64,000 bases of DNA, from NCBI GenBank assembly GCA_043228905.1, contig JBHGNT010000031.1, forward strand, positions 186,001 through 250,000. The letters run 5' to 3'. The position numbers and the translations under genes are program-made. Position 1 is the stretch's first letter, and each line of letters opens with the position of its first letter. The DNA is from Azolla caroliniana (taxonomy: Eukaryota > Plantae > Polypodiophyta). Below, piece after piece: positions 13,101 to 26,510 of this stretch. The notes beneath the pieces were generated by a model. It did no database searches. It saw only the letters and a program-made list of their open reading frames with translations, and was not told the origin of the DNA.

Positions 13101-14092
13101 CACTACAACCTGGTGGGCATGTAGAACACATTATGCACATCAACGGATATTAGCAGAGCCATAATTAGCTCCAACAATAATTGCATCCATTCTCGAGAGC
13201 TCTACTCCTAGCATCCATGACAAGGACGATTACAACATCTTCAACAGAATGGTCCTTGAGATCAGCGCCGCCACCACAATCACTGTTGTCACCATCCGCC
13301 AAAATCGAAAGGACAAATGCCCACTGACTAGTTCAAAACTCCAAGAGCAACAAGAAGCCAAGCAAGAGCTGAGATGAAGAAGAGGAAAGAAGACTGAAAG
13401 GAATAAGAAGAAGAAGAAGAAGAAGACGAAAGTAGACAGAAAGAAAGGAAAAGATGCAGAAATTAGAAAGCATGGGGGATGAAAGGAAGAAAACAAGAAG
13501 ATGAAAGCAGATGAATGTAGATGGTAACCACTACCATCACCACCACCATAGAGGAGGGAGGGCATATAGAGAAATCCACAAACAGACAGAGAATAAAGGA
13601 AGAAAGAAGAAAAGTAGAGAAGAAGAGACTTAAAAGAAAGAAGGGCATCACATGAAAATTACAATAACTCGAGGGCACGCACTCGAATTTCAGAAACTCG
13701 AGGGCAAGCAAAAAAAAATTGGAAACAGAAGGGTTGGACAAGAGATTTCTAAAACCGGAGGGTACTTAATATAATTTTAGAAAAAACCTGAGGGGTAGGA
13801 CATACAATTTCGGAAACACAACTCATCACTACACATACTAAGGAAGAAAACATATATATATCTATATATACACACCCACAATTATTGATAAACCTAAATG
13901 ACGGTACCACAATGAATTTAAGCCGATTGCTGTGCGATCCAATCGTGCGATTATACTGACCGAACGAGAAGGTTCGTGTCAAGCCAGCTCCAATCGAAGT
14001 TATCAATCGTTAAGCAGTAATCTGGTCGAGGAATTTCCGATCGTGAGAGAAGACCGATGGAGTTCCAATCAACAAGAGTTTTTTCGGCAAGG

Positions 14093-14986
14093 GCTTGTGG
14101 GTCCGACGTTGTGTCGAGAAGATTGTGGTTGTGTGTCGCAACCGCCAGGGTTTTGTGACTTGGGGATGATCGAGGTGACAAGGCGTAATCACAGATGGTG
14201 TGATGACAAGAAGCCGAGAAGGCAAGATAAATGCGACGTTGTCGCAAAAAGAATTTTATTTGTAAAACAACCACTCACAATATTTATTTGCCAAAAGTTA
14301 CTTGGCAAGACTTGAACTCACAAACTCTATTTAAGAAAAATCATTTGAGATAAACCACTTCAATCTCTTTGATTTCTACTTATTTATCTCTCTTTCACTT
14401 TATATATACTAAATTTATATTACAAAATTTGATTACCAAAAGAAGTTTTTAGAGGATTCGAACCCGCGACCTTTTTCTTGTATTTCCTTTCTTTTCTTTA
14501 ACTCTTGTCTTGATTTATGCAAGCCACATTCTTTGGCAAGCTTTGCATCCCACACCCACGCAAGCTTCTTCACTCACTTTTCCTTCCTCTTCTTCTCCTT
14601 CTTCCCCCTCTTTAGCCACCATGGGTGTGGCTTATATAGGGTGGTCAACTGCCCTACCACCCTCTTGAGGCGGTTGACAAACTGCCTCATGTAGGCGGTT
14701 GGTATTTATTATTATTATTTACTATTATTTTATTTATTGATTCTACAAATTCGATTTTGTAGTTGTACATTTGAGAAATTATAGAAATATCCCTCATTTA
14801 ATTTTGACTCCCCCTTTTGACATAATTACATTTGTGTCCTAAGTAACATTAATCCTTCCGAAGCTTGTATCTTGGGCTCCTAAACTCCAATTCACAAACC
14901 GATAATTTACACATGCTCCTCGTCACAAGCTCCATATAGTAAATTTCTGACATTTTTTTGACATCGTGAAGCAATAACTTCACGAC
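14093..14986 (-). mobile_element. Solo or partial gypsy LTR related to 34519-35758
   Basis: The minus strand begins TGTCGTGAAG and contains AACCCTGGCGGTT..CAC..GTCGGA near its end, as in the 34519 LTR. The left boundary is approximate. Confidence 0.6.
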
Positions 14987-15359
14987 AACGTGCAATGCAC
15001 TATCCCACAAAGCGCGCTAGGTGTTATCCGTATAGGTGTATGGAGGGATAAGGTGTAATGTGTATGGTCTAAGGTGTTTAATGTATATGAGTGTGTGAGG
15101 ATGAGTATGTGTGAGCACATGCACAATTATGTGCATGTGACAAGAATGTAACGGTCTTCTTTGTGCAACGGTCATATTATTAACTGTTACATTATGTACT
15201 ATAAAAACCCCTTATGGGGCACATAATGAAGATATAGATTTTTCCCCTCTCATTCGGTGTCCTTTTCTATTTGTCTTTCTCTCTCTCTCTCTCTCTCTAA
15301 CTTAACCCCTTGGGAGGGGGGTGAAGCCATTCTATGGCTTCACCGCCACCCATCAACAA

Positions 15360-16476
15360 TCCTGTCGCACCTCAAGGTGTTCAGAAGCATTATGAATGTA
15401 CGCATCCCGAACAAAACCCGATGCAATGTCGGAGAAATGCATCCTTGTAGGATACTCATCCGAGAAGAAGGCATACCAGTGCTATAACCCTTCGACCCGA
15501 GCGGTTCGGCATCTTGGTATAAGCCCGATTCGGCTCCACCCAACCTGACCGAGGAAGAGTGGAATGTCAAGTCCTCTACCAAAAGACAATCCAAGCAAAC
15601 CCAACCTTCAAGCATTCCAAGCACTTCGCGGCCAAGTACGAACTTGGACAAAGGCAAAGGTAAGATGCCCGAATCGAAAGTCGACCACCCCGACAACAGT
15701 GATTCGGATGTGTCAGCTCGCTCACTAGACAGTGAGTTGGGTGTACCCATCATGCGAACACCTGGAGTAAAGAAGGCACTCATATCGACAAGCGAAAAAC
15801 TTCGATGCTCATCTAGAGAGAAGAATCCCGTCATTATGCCTTTGCGATGAAGGTAGCGGCCGAACAAGAGCCCGAGAGCTCTAGAGAAGTGGCTCGTAAC
15901 CCAATATGGGTGGAAGCAATCGGCCTTCACCCACTTCACACTACAGGCCTTCCTCATCGACTTGAGGGGGAGGAACCGATACTGCCTTGAAAAGGTAGAA
16001 GAAGCCGCTGAAACCCGAACAGAAGCCAACATCGAAAGCCGGACAACGCCGAAAGAAAAACCGAATGTCAGACGCCTCACACTTGAGCTTGAGGGGGCAT
16101 GTTGAGATAGCAAGCTCAATTTATTTTAGTTAGTTAGTCAACACACGTAACTTAGTAGTTACCTAGATAGAATCTAGTTAATGTGTTGACCTTAAAGCCT
16201 TAAATATGATTTTGTACTTGAGTGGGATACATTGTAGATCCTCCACTCCCATGTTCATTTAATATAGGACTTACACCTTTGTACCTATATTCTACTCACA
16301 CATGTGCACTTTTGCACATGAGATGTATATATACCTCATTGTGGGTATTTTTGTATTTGATGATGCTTTTTAATATAGTTAGTCATCCCCCATGTTGTCT
16401 CGTTGTTCATAAGTGTAACTTCCTCTCTCTCTTCCTTTCACACACATACACACAGATCACATAATCTTCCGTTGCT
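15360..16476 (+). mobile_element. Internally deleted copia family A 3' remnant with PPT and 3' LTR
   Basis: The DKGKGKMPE..SLDSE..KLR.S.REKNPV linker matches the element at 90-5489. PPT CTTGAGCTTGAGGGGGCA at about 16082-16099. The LTR starts TGTTGAGA at 16100. Confidence 0.8.
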
Positions 16477-16599
16477 TAACTTAATCACATAATTAGTTAC
16501 TAATTAACCCTTGCTTAATTACCTAATTATTAACAAAACACATAACATTTAAGGGAGATTCTAGAATTCCCATATTAAGCTTCTCTTTCAATAGTTCAA

Positions 16600-17200
16600 T
16601 GATCTTTGGTATATGGGCCTTTGGCATTGGATATATCTTTATAGGTTCCATGGCACATATGGCATTGTGAATATCACCATTGACTCTACAAATTTAGGAT
16701 CGAGACATCCTTATCTCTTGTTGGGAGGATGCAAAACTCGTTCCATGAATCTTGAGCATCACCTTAAACTTTGACTCCTCTTTGGGTTACAGGACTCACC
16801 TCACCAACTCAAAGCTTCCATCATGTTTTGTTTGTAAACACATGAACGTCAACTTGTACTTGTCTCTTAAACTGGGATCAACCTTTCATCCTTCTCAACT
16901 ATTTTTTGTGAAGTTTGCAGCCACATGCTTCAACCTTTTATCCACCATTTTATACTTTGTGTTTACTTGGACTTCACCTACCACAACACTTTGTGTGTAT
17001 TGTCAATGGTGGTGTACATAGCAATAGAATTAAATGGAATCATCCTAATTGCAAGATGTCTCACCACAATGACATTATCCATTTCCTCAAGCTTGTTGAT
17101 GAATGAAATTGCTTCTAAAGTACCACCAAATTATGTGTTCATCCTCAAGTATATTATGCTTTCATAGTTCTTCCTTAATGTCTTGTCCCATTTATTTTTC
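16600..17200 (-). pseudogene. Very degenerate Phygy-like pol remnant
   Basis: The minus strand reads VNTKYKMVDKK...DPSLRD, matching MKYKTVDRKVRPV...DPSLRD in ORF 42237-42758. Confidence 0.55.
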
Positions 17201-17929
17201 TTTCCCATAAAGATCATTTAGTTACTTTGTTTAAAGAAAACAAATTTTATTATTATTAATGGGATGAAAAAGCTTATTATAAAACTTAGGGGATTTAATG
17301 CACCCCACACTAATAGCCTGCGTTAAAAAGCATCTCGGTCACTAGCCTTAAGGGTATCACTATTTTTTTCGTGATTTCGTTAGACGATCAAGAACTATAC
17401 TAAGTTTTTTCCATCTTGGCTATGTACTCATGCATAACCCGAGATTGTCACGTAGTTTGTCTCTATCCAAGCCGACGTAATGTATAGAGGATCGATGATG
17501 ACAAAGTGTGATGTTGATTCCTACATGAAGATGTGTCGGTCTATTTCAACATCACCATCCTTCATTTGCATACAAGCCCCAATGCAACTCCTAGGTGGTT
17601 CTTGTGGCCTCTACAATCTTCCACCCATGCTTTGTATAAATCGTTCAATGCCCTCTCCAATACAAGTACATGGAGATGACATTGATTTCAGAGCAATCAT
17701 TAGTTGATGTCACCACCAAATATTTAACATGCACAATTTGTATTGGGATTTTAGTTCTCGCCCTCGTTTGATGCAGCCTAAAGTAGTGTTGTTAGCATAT
17801 TCTTCCTCAACCTCTCAGTTGTGATAATTCTGATAGACAGAGTCATGGGTCACACCCCTTGTGTCTTTGTAGATTGTCTTTTCTTTTTTATGAGTTTGGT
17901 GATGATATCATCAAATTCCATTTTTGCAG

Positions 17930-19808
17930 GTATTGTTGACATGTCCAATCATTATCTTATATTATTATTATTCTTAATTTTATTATTAGTATGTGTGAAA
18001 GGGCAACAAACACCCATTCTTTAGTTACCCCTTTTAGCTATTTTTTAAAAAGGGTCTATGTAAACGTTTCTTTTGTATGTGTGAAAAGAAGAAAAAAAAG
18101 GGAAGAAAAATAAAAACACAAGATGACCATTTTTGAAGTATAAGAAGAAAATGAGAAGAAGAGAGGGCATTGAGTGCAAAGCGGAGAACGACACACAACA
18201 AGCCTGGTGCTCAACTCCTCAATCTTCCAACTCCACTACTCAGCATGAGATCTATAGATTTACCACTCCGACTCGTGGACTTCGTCATATGGGTTTTTTA
18301 TTCTCTTTCACTCATGTGTTTGTGAGTGTGGTTGTCATTCCTTTGGGATTATTGTCCCCACTTTGTCAGTAGTATTATTTTCTACATATCTCTATTTCAC
18401 TCTAGAATATCTAGAGGTAGAGCTTGTGTCTTTGTTGATGGCGGATTATTTTGGATTTTGTCCCGTGGTTGTTTCCCTCATCGAGGGTTTTTCCACGTTA
18501 AATCTTGTGTCACCTATCTTGTATCATTTTTTGTGTTTTGTAGTCTTTATTTGATCATTTCTCCTTAATATTAGAGCTTAAACACAATGTTTGTTATATT
18601 CTTACACATCTATTAGAGCCGAGGTTTTATTTTTTGCTCGATTATAAATGGAGGCAAACACATCAACAATGGTTGTTTTAAATGGCACGAACTATAAAAA
18701 ATGGAAAGGTAAAATGAGAGATTTGCGTTTCGTCGTGAAAAGAAAAGTGATGAGGGAGACCTCTTTTGAGAATCAATGGGGGTGTGGCTTCATTTCTCAC
18801 TGGGTAGGAGATAATGTCTTGAATCATATTGTGAATGAAACAAATGCAAAGACATTATGGAATAAATTAGAAACCTTATATGGTTCTAGAAACGGTAACA
18901 ATAAGTTGTGTTTGATTAAACAAGTGATGCATTTCACCTATAAAGATAATAAGTCCATTTTTGTTCATTTGAATGAATTTCAAGGTTGTTTTGATCAATT
19001 GCCTGGCATGGGTATGAAGTTTTTTCTTTTTCTATTTTGCACAAAAACTATACTCCATTGGTATTAAAATTAACAATGCCAAAGGCAATATACAATTTGT
19101 ACATAATAGTTTCTACTCCACAAGTGTCTATAAAAAAGACCAAATATAAACGATGGCGTTTGGCAAGACACTAAAATAGTCCATGATGCACCTGACGCTT
19201 GGGTAAAACGTGATGGGCTGCCATGGATAGCCCCCATGTATCATCTCCCAAATCAAAAGGACCATGTCTTTCATCTCCACGAAAATTGAAATGTATTTGT
19301 AATAATATCCCTATAAACAAGATGATCTATGTCCTCCACACCTCACACCATTTGCTTCGATCCCCACACCATCTTCACTCTTAAGAATAAACAAATTGCT
19401 TCATTTAGTCCACATCAACCATCTCGCCGAATACCACCAATGTCCTGTGCAATTAACAACAACATAAGTGAAAAATGATTCCTCATCCCCTCATGATCTG
19501 CTTCAGTCACCCCCCCCCCCCCCCCCCCCCACCACCATCATCATTCCTAAAAGTAGACAAATTGCTTCATTCAATCCACATCCACCATCTCGCTAAATAC
19601 CACCAATGTCCTGTACAATTAACAACAAAATAAGTGAAAAATTATTCCTCATCCCCTCACGATCTTCTTCAGCCCTCTCCCCAACACCACTCATCCTCTC
19701 ACTGTGACAAACATGCTTCAAATCTCGGCATGGGTATGAAGTTTGAAGAAGAAGTTGTTGCTTTATGGTTGCTAAATACATTTCCTAAGTCACAGGAAAA
19801 TTTTAGGG
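17930..19808 (+). mobile_element. gag: Old copia element: LTR, degenerate PBS and gag, interrupted by a LINE and a gypsy element (gag resumes near 25198)
   Basis: TATTAGAGCC PBS remnant at about 18611. ORF 18648 reads LNGTNYKKWKGKMRDL..AKTLWNKLETLY..HLNEF and continues as ALWLLNTFP. The left boundary is approximate. Confidence 0.7.
19023..19726 (-). mobile_element. 5'-truncated L1-like LINE insertion
   Basis: Flanked by the 18-bp direct repeat GGCATGGGTATGAAGTTT (19005-19022 and 19727-19744). A T-rich end on + corresponds to a poly-A-like tail on -. Confidence 0.7.
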
Positions 19809-19908
19809 TGTCAGGAACAATACTAAGACAGAGAAGGGATTAGTACTAAAAGAAGTATTAGTACTAAGAGAGGTGAAGAACTCTCGAGAGAAGGAAAGAG
19901 TGAGTGAA

Positions 19909-19945
<37 letters not shown>

Positions 19946-20245
19946 GTGATGATAAGAGAAGATTTATATTATGTGAAGAGAATGTACAATAGTAGCTAGG
20001 AGGCTTAAGACTGGCATTGAGCCGATTTGGTTTGAAATAATGCCTTGTGCCTCCTTTTATAGTGTTCTAAGGAATACTCTTGAAGTTTCTAGAATGTTCA
20101 AGAGAAATCTGGAATATACATCAATTTTCTATAATAAAACATAAATGAAAATAATATTCCACGTATTACAATGTATGGTCTAATGGTCAAGAGCTCGACC
20201 CATGTAGCATAAGGTCATGGGTTCGAGTCTTGCCATATCATGACA

Positions 20246-23200
20246 TTATCCCCCCTTTAAACGACGAGTGTAACGAGTCGTTTTGGATTGAGGACCCAGT
20301 TTGTCTGGATATTGACGATGGAAGTCTTCAAGAAGAGCACGAGCATTGGTGACATTCTCTATTGGTTCCCAAGTACGCTCGTTGGGACTATATCCTAGCC
20401 AATCGACTAAATAGTAGAACTTGTTGCGAACAATCTTGGAATCAAGGATGGCGGCAACCTCGTACTCAGGTCCATCTTCAAGCTCGATCGGGGGTGGAGG
20501 CTGTGTAATACGTCCTTGGATGGTGCTCTCTTGATAGGGTTTGAGGAGAGAACTATGAAACACTGGATGTATCCGAAGTTGCGGAGGTAGATTGAGATGA
20601 AAAGCGACATCATTAATCTTTCCTATAATACGGAAAGGACCTAATCGCTGATAATCCAACTTCTCGCATGGGCGAGTAGTCTTGATGTGTCGTTGTAGTA
20701 GCCATACCCGATCTCCAATGTTAAAACTGGATGGGAGTTGATGACGATCCACATAAACCTTGTATGTTTGTTGAGCTTGTTGGAGATGCGCTTGTATCTT
20801 GCGTAACCGCTCCAAACAATCCTCCGCGCAAGGATTTGTGGACACCTCGGGGGTTTCAAGTACACACCATTGGGGGTGACATCCCGTATAAGCATAAAAT
20901 GGCGTAACTTTAGTCGATGCGTGGATAGAGTTATTATAGGCAAATTTGGCGAAGTGGAGAATATTTGCCTAGTCATCTTGATGATAGCGGAGAAAGCACT
21001 GCAGATCTTGCTCCAGCGTTTGATTTGTTCGTTTGGCTTGGCCGTCGGTTTGTGGGTGGTAGCCGGAGGAGAGGCTACAAGTGACCTTGAGCATTTTAAA
21101 AAGGTGCTTCCAAAATTTTGACACGAACTGGGGTCCACGGTCGCTGATGATAGTATCGGGAAGTCCCTGATGCCGACATACTTCACGCATGACAATTTCG
21201 GCAGTGTCTTCACTGGAGATTTCCTTAGTACATGGCAAGAAATGAGTCATCTTCGTATATCGATCTACCACTGTTAGAATCGCATTGAACCCCTTAGAGA
21301 TTGGAAGATCTGTGATGAAGTCTAGAGCAATGGATTGCCACGGCTTGCTTGGAATTGGTAATGGTTCTAATAAACCATATGGATGATTGCGACTGTGAAC
21401 ACGATGCTCGAGAGGGATCAATTTGTGCTACTATAGCTTGGGCGAAAGCATCTGTCTTCAGGTCCGCATGTATCATATTGATAACGTGGGAATCCATGGG
21501 CATGCCAAAGACCCGTGTTGCTTGCAGTCGTGCTGGTCCCAAGATTACTTGCTTCTGGTTATCGAAAGCTGGCTCGCCAGGACGCGGTGCTAGGTACGAA
21601 CGCCGTGATAACGCATTTGCTTTCCCTTGATGCTTCCAGGGTCGATATGTAATCTTGAAGTTGAAACGCGTGAGAAAATGGGCCCACCAAGCTTGACGTT
21701 GATTTAACACACGAGCGTCTTGAAAATAGGCGAGGTTTTGTGGGCACTAAATACAGTGACTTGATGAGAAGATCCCTTTAGAAAATGCCTCCATTGCATA
21801 AAAGAGTCCACTATAGGCAATAGCTCTTTATCATGAATTTCGTAGTTGATTTTGGCGGCGTCAAACTTGCGTGAGTTAAAAGCCATAGGATGTATCTTTT
21901 CATCATTACCTCGTTGTGATAGAATGCTCCCCAATGCAAAATCTGATGCGTCCGCTTTGATGATGAATGGTTTTTCTGGATCAATGTGAGCTAGAATCGG
22001 AGCCGATGTAAATGCCTGTTTAAGATTCTCAAAAGCCATGTCTGCTTCTTTAGACCAAACGAACGATTGTCCATTCCTAGTAAGTTCTGTAAGAGGCAAA
22101 ACGAGCTTTGAGTAATCCTTTATAAACTTCCGGTAAAAATTGGCAAAGCCTAGAAAGCATTGCACATCCCGCACCGAACGCGGAGTCTACCATTCTACCA
22201 CCGTTTTGACCTTAGCTGGGTCCATGGAGATGCCTTCTGAGGAAATGACATAGCCGAGAAATTCCACCTGGTTGCACCCGAAACTACATTTTTCCAGCTT
22301 TGCATAAAGACAATGTTCTCGAAGTCGTTTTAGTACTAATAGTACATGAGAATCATGCTCTTCTTGGGTCTTTGAGTAAACCAGTAGATCATCCAAATAG
22401 ATGATTAGACACACATCCAAGAGATCTCGGAAAATATCATTTGCCATGTGTTGGAAGACTGTTAGCGCATTAGTGAGGCCGAATGGCATGACCGTATACT
22501 CGAAGTGCCCATATCTGGTGCGGAATGCGGTCTTCCATTCATCTCCTGGTCGGATCCGTACGAGATTATAGGCTCCCCGTAAGTCGATCTTCGTGAAGAA
22601 CCTGGCACCATTAATCTGTTCTAAAAGACTTGAGATAAGGGGGAGTGCATACCTATTTCGGATTGTAACCTTATTCAAGCCACGGTAATCTACAACAAGA
22701 CGAAGTGAGCCATCCTTTTTCTTGGCTGGAGATTTCGAATGTCGTATGAAACCATTCTCCAAATTCTCCTCTATATAGGCTCGAAGGACTTCCAGTTCGG
22801 TTGGTGACAGATTGTAGATCGGTCCCCATGGTGGCTCTTTCGAGGCAATCATATGGTCGATGGTGAGGAAGCGTATTGGCTTGTACTTTATCAAACACAT
22901 CGGCATAATGAGGATACTTCTCTGGAAGTTGAACGGTGGATTCCTCTTTAGTGGTGCTGGAGGGTTTTACTAATATTGCGAAGAGGAACATTTCTTCCTT
23001 GCATCCTTCCTCATGCAACTGATGTACTAAAATTGTTGCAATCTCATGTGTAGACCGTCGGGCTTTTCGATGCCGGATTTCTCTTGTCCGCCAATCTACG
23101 TCTGGGTTATGTAATTCGAACCATGGTAATTCTAAGTCAATGGGGTGTTCTGGGACGCTAATTATATTAAATGATACGACACATGTTAAATTATCTAGGA

Positions 23201-23490
23201 CAACATTAACGGGCTCTGACTCTTCTATGATATTTCCGGAAGCAATGGGACGACCATCAATGACTACTACAGAGGCAAGACACGGGAGTTTTCTAAGAGA
23301 TATCTGATGAGCTTGGGCAAATTTCCTATCCATGAAGCAAGAATTAGCTCCGGAATCTAGAAGTGCTAAGACATGTATTGGAGGAGTACTTTTAGTACTA
23401 ATTGTTACTTGGGCTACGAACACATTGCTAACTTGCTTAGAGGGAATGGAACCACTAATGGGCTGCACAAATCTGGGGCTACCCAACCAA
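20246..23490 (-). pseudogene. pol: Gypsy pol: protease, RT, RNase H, integrase (zinc-binding part deleted) and chromodomain
   Basis: Motifs [40 protein letters not shown], and the chromodomain YEVAAILD..YLVDWLGY..ERTWEP. Confidence 0.93.
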
Positions 23491-23659
23491 ACGACTCCTA
23501 TTTTGGCTGGACTCAGTTGTTTAACTCTTCCTCTAATTGACTAAGGACATCAAATTTTTTCGCTAGATTTGGGCTATTAGTACTATTAGGACTAGCAGAT
23601 ATCCCTACTAAAATAGACTGGGGTTTAGTACAATCAGAACTAGCAACTATTTGGTTTAC

Positions 23660-24655
23660 CTGCCTTCTTGGCCTATGGGGACAGTTTACCGCGATATGCC
23701 CTGGTCCACCGCAATAAAGACATAGTCAGTTTGCTCGACATCGTTGCTTTTCTTCTTCCGATAGCGGTCCACGACGACGTGTGGTGTCAATTTCCATCGG
23801 AGTTGGAGTACTTATTGGAGGCGCATTATATGGCTCCCTCAGAAAAGGTTTCGCTACCACTGAGGCGTAGGTAGGCTCTGATCTTGCCCTCGGAATTTGG
23901 AATTGTCTTTCCGAATGTCGTTCGAAGAGGCGGTTGTCGCATCTCACCACGCGACTAATTGCTTTTGTTAATGACTTTGGCTCTTCGGGGAAGGTTAAGA
24001 GTAAATCCTTGACATCGTTGCGTAAGCCATAACGGAATTGCTCCATCAATGCGTGATCATCCCAAGGGATATCGACAGTGAGTAGGCAGAAATCTGCAGC
24101 GTATGCGGAGGCTGGACGATCACCTTGGCGTAATTGCCGGATTTTGTTGATTGCAGTCCTTATACTGTCAGTATCTCCAAAACAGGCCTTAAACTCACTT
24201 ATAAATTCTTCAAAACTGTTTAGTAATGGAGATTCCTTTTCCAACAATGGAGCAAACCATGCTAACGTTGAGTCACTAAGGAGAGTGCCTACTAGTCCCA
24301 CTCGTGATGCATCGGTGGGATATCGAGAAGGATGCATTTGTATCACTAAATGTACCTGATTCAAAAACCCTCTAAACTGTGATCGGGTCCCATCAAATTT
24401 TGTAGGAGGACCGATCTTGGGTTCTTTGTGAATCCCTTGAGTGCTTGATCCTTGTTGTTGTAATGATATGATAGTCGCTTCAAGTTGTTGTACACGTAAC
24501 GTCAGCTCCCCATGTTGTTGTTGTTTTTCCAGCGCTATTTGTTGAAGATCCCCCAACAAACGATGATTTTCTTGTTCTAGTGCGACAAATTTCTCTTTTA
24601 AGCACTGGAGCTCTGAGAAAACAGATTGATATTCTTGAGCGCTAACAGTTTCCAT
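23660..24655 (-). pseudogene. gag: Gypsy gag (PEG10/sushi-like capsid, CCHC knuckle)
   Basis: Motifs EPKI.PP.KFDG.R..FRGF and PMEID. The knuckle CLYCGGPGHIAVNCP follows a premature stop at 23726. Confidence 0.9.
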
Positions 24656-24850
24656 TTTACTAGGAAGGTTAAGAGGATTAATAAGAAGATAAAAGGAAGA
24701 GGAGGAAAGGAAGATACGGAAGGAAGTTCGACCACAAAATCGGTTCAAACTGTCAGGAACAGTACTAAGACAGAGAAGGGATTAGTACTAAAAGAAGTAT
24801 TAGTTCTAAGAGAGGTGAAGAACTCTCGAGAGAAGGAAAGAGTGAGTGAA

Positions 24851-24899
<49 letters not shown>

Positions 24900-25373
24900 T
24901 GATAAGAGAAGATTTATATTATGTGAAGAGAATGTACAGTAGTAGCTAGGAGGCTTAAGACTGGCGTTGAACTGATTTGGTTCGAAATAATGCCTTATGC
25001 CTCCTTTTATAGTGTTCTAAGGAATACTCCTGAAGTTTCTAGAATGTTCAAGAGAAATCTGGAATATACATCAATTTTCTATAATAAAACAATGAAAATA
25101 ATATTCTACATATTATAATGTATGGTCTAATGGTCAAGAGCTCAACCCATGTAGCATAAGGTCATGGGTTCGAGTCTTGCCATATCATGACATAAGGTTT
25201 CTCTAGCTAATGCATACAGCTCCTAAGGGAGGTGTAACAATGGAGGATGAGATGGGATCATAAAGCTATGCAGAAAGACACCGAGTGGAAAACAAAAAAA
25301 ACAACAAAATGGACAAAGAATGCACAATACACATTAGTTTATATGGAAACCCTAAAACGGAAAAAAACCACGG

Positions 25374-26260
25374 TGTTGTGGGGAATTCTGGCCATAAGAA
25401 GAAACTTCGTCGGGATGCATGTGTGCGAGTATGCACAAGAACATGGACTAATGTACTAGGTGGAGCATTTATAAGTATAGGTAGAGTAGTTAATATAGGT
25501 AGAGCATTTATAAGTACTAGGTAGAGTAGTTAATGGGTACTTTAATGAATAGAAAGAGAGGAATAATAGGATATGATGTGAGGGAGAATCGCTGAAAGAA
25601 AATGGTTATCTTTATTCGTGATGTAACAACCTCCCCTTGTGCTATAAAAGGGGAGGTTTTGAATTGTTAAGGGGATCCATCATTTTGGACAACGAAGTGC
25701 TGTCAAACTGAGCTCTGTAGGTTTCGGCTTTCTGTTCTGAGTTTTCAGTGCTTGTCTTTATTCGTGATGTAACGGCCTCCCCTTGTTCTATAAAAGGGGA
25801 GGTTTTGAACTGTTAAGGGAATCCATCGTTTTGGACAATGAAGTGCTATCAGACTGAGCTCTCTAGGTTTTGGCTTTTTGTTTTGAGTTTTCGGTGCTGC
25901 TAGTGAACCCTTTGTTTCGTGTTGGAAGCCCAAGTGCTCCTGATCAGAGGCTCAGTAGAGCCTGCATGAGTGTGTTAAGAGCTTGAAGCTCTGTTCCGAC
26001 TGTGCTCGGCTGTATTCCTCTCTGCTACTGACTAATTGATCACCTTTGTTGCTATTAAGATCCCTCTGTGTCATAGAGTGTCTCTCTCTGTTTGGTCCAC
26101 ATTCTCATCTTTTGTTTTCCTTCATTTGCATGTTTAGCTAAGTCTCAGGGCCCGTGTGCTCATCGTCTGGAATTTGACGACGGGTCCGGAGCAGTATATA
26201 CGTGTCTGAGCCCATTGTCGTGAAGATTTCCGGCCATAAGAGGAAAAAGGGGTCAGATGT
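25374..26260 (+). mobile_element. Gypsy LTR fragment(s) with a roughly 147-bp internal tandem duplication; a second LTR start lies at 26216
   Basis: TGTTGTGGGGAATTCTGGCCATAAG at 25374 and TGTCGTGAAGATTTCCGGCCATAAG at 26216. The TATA segment is duplicated at about 25609 and 25756. Confidence 0.6.
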
Positions 26261-26460
26261 TGTTGAGAGTCGAATTCAACTTCCCATAGATAGGTTTCAC
26301 ACTAGCTCATGGACATATTGGGCTAGTTTAGTAAATAGTAGAAAGGGCACTCACCCTAGCTTAGTTGGTATATAAATCAACGCATTGTAACTTAGTTACT
26401 GTTGGATGTTTTATGTTTGATGTATTTTTCGTTAATATACAGTTTTTCGATCTCTTCCTT

Positions 26461-26510
<50 letters not shown>

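Larger units (their letters stand above)
19809..25192 (-). mobile_element. Tcn1/sushi-type chromoviral Ty3/gypsy element with paired LTRs
   Basis: LTRs at 19809-20245 and 24751-25192 (TG..CA). Imperfect TSD TAGGG/TAAGG. PPT at 20249-20258. No TGG-type tRNA PBS. Confidence 0.95.

Noticed and set aside
13230-13830. Hydrophobic ORFs and a possible Mutator-like TIR
   Set aside because: The ORFs derive from purine-rich low-complexity sequence, and I found no partner inverted repeat in the window.
20170-20245. Functional tRNA gene
   Set aside because: I could not build a convincing acceptor stem or cloverleaf. It is part of an LTR and is reported only as a tRNA-like module.
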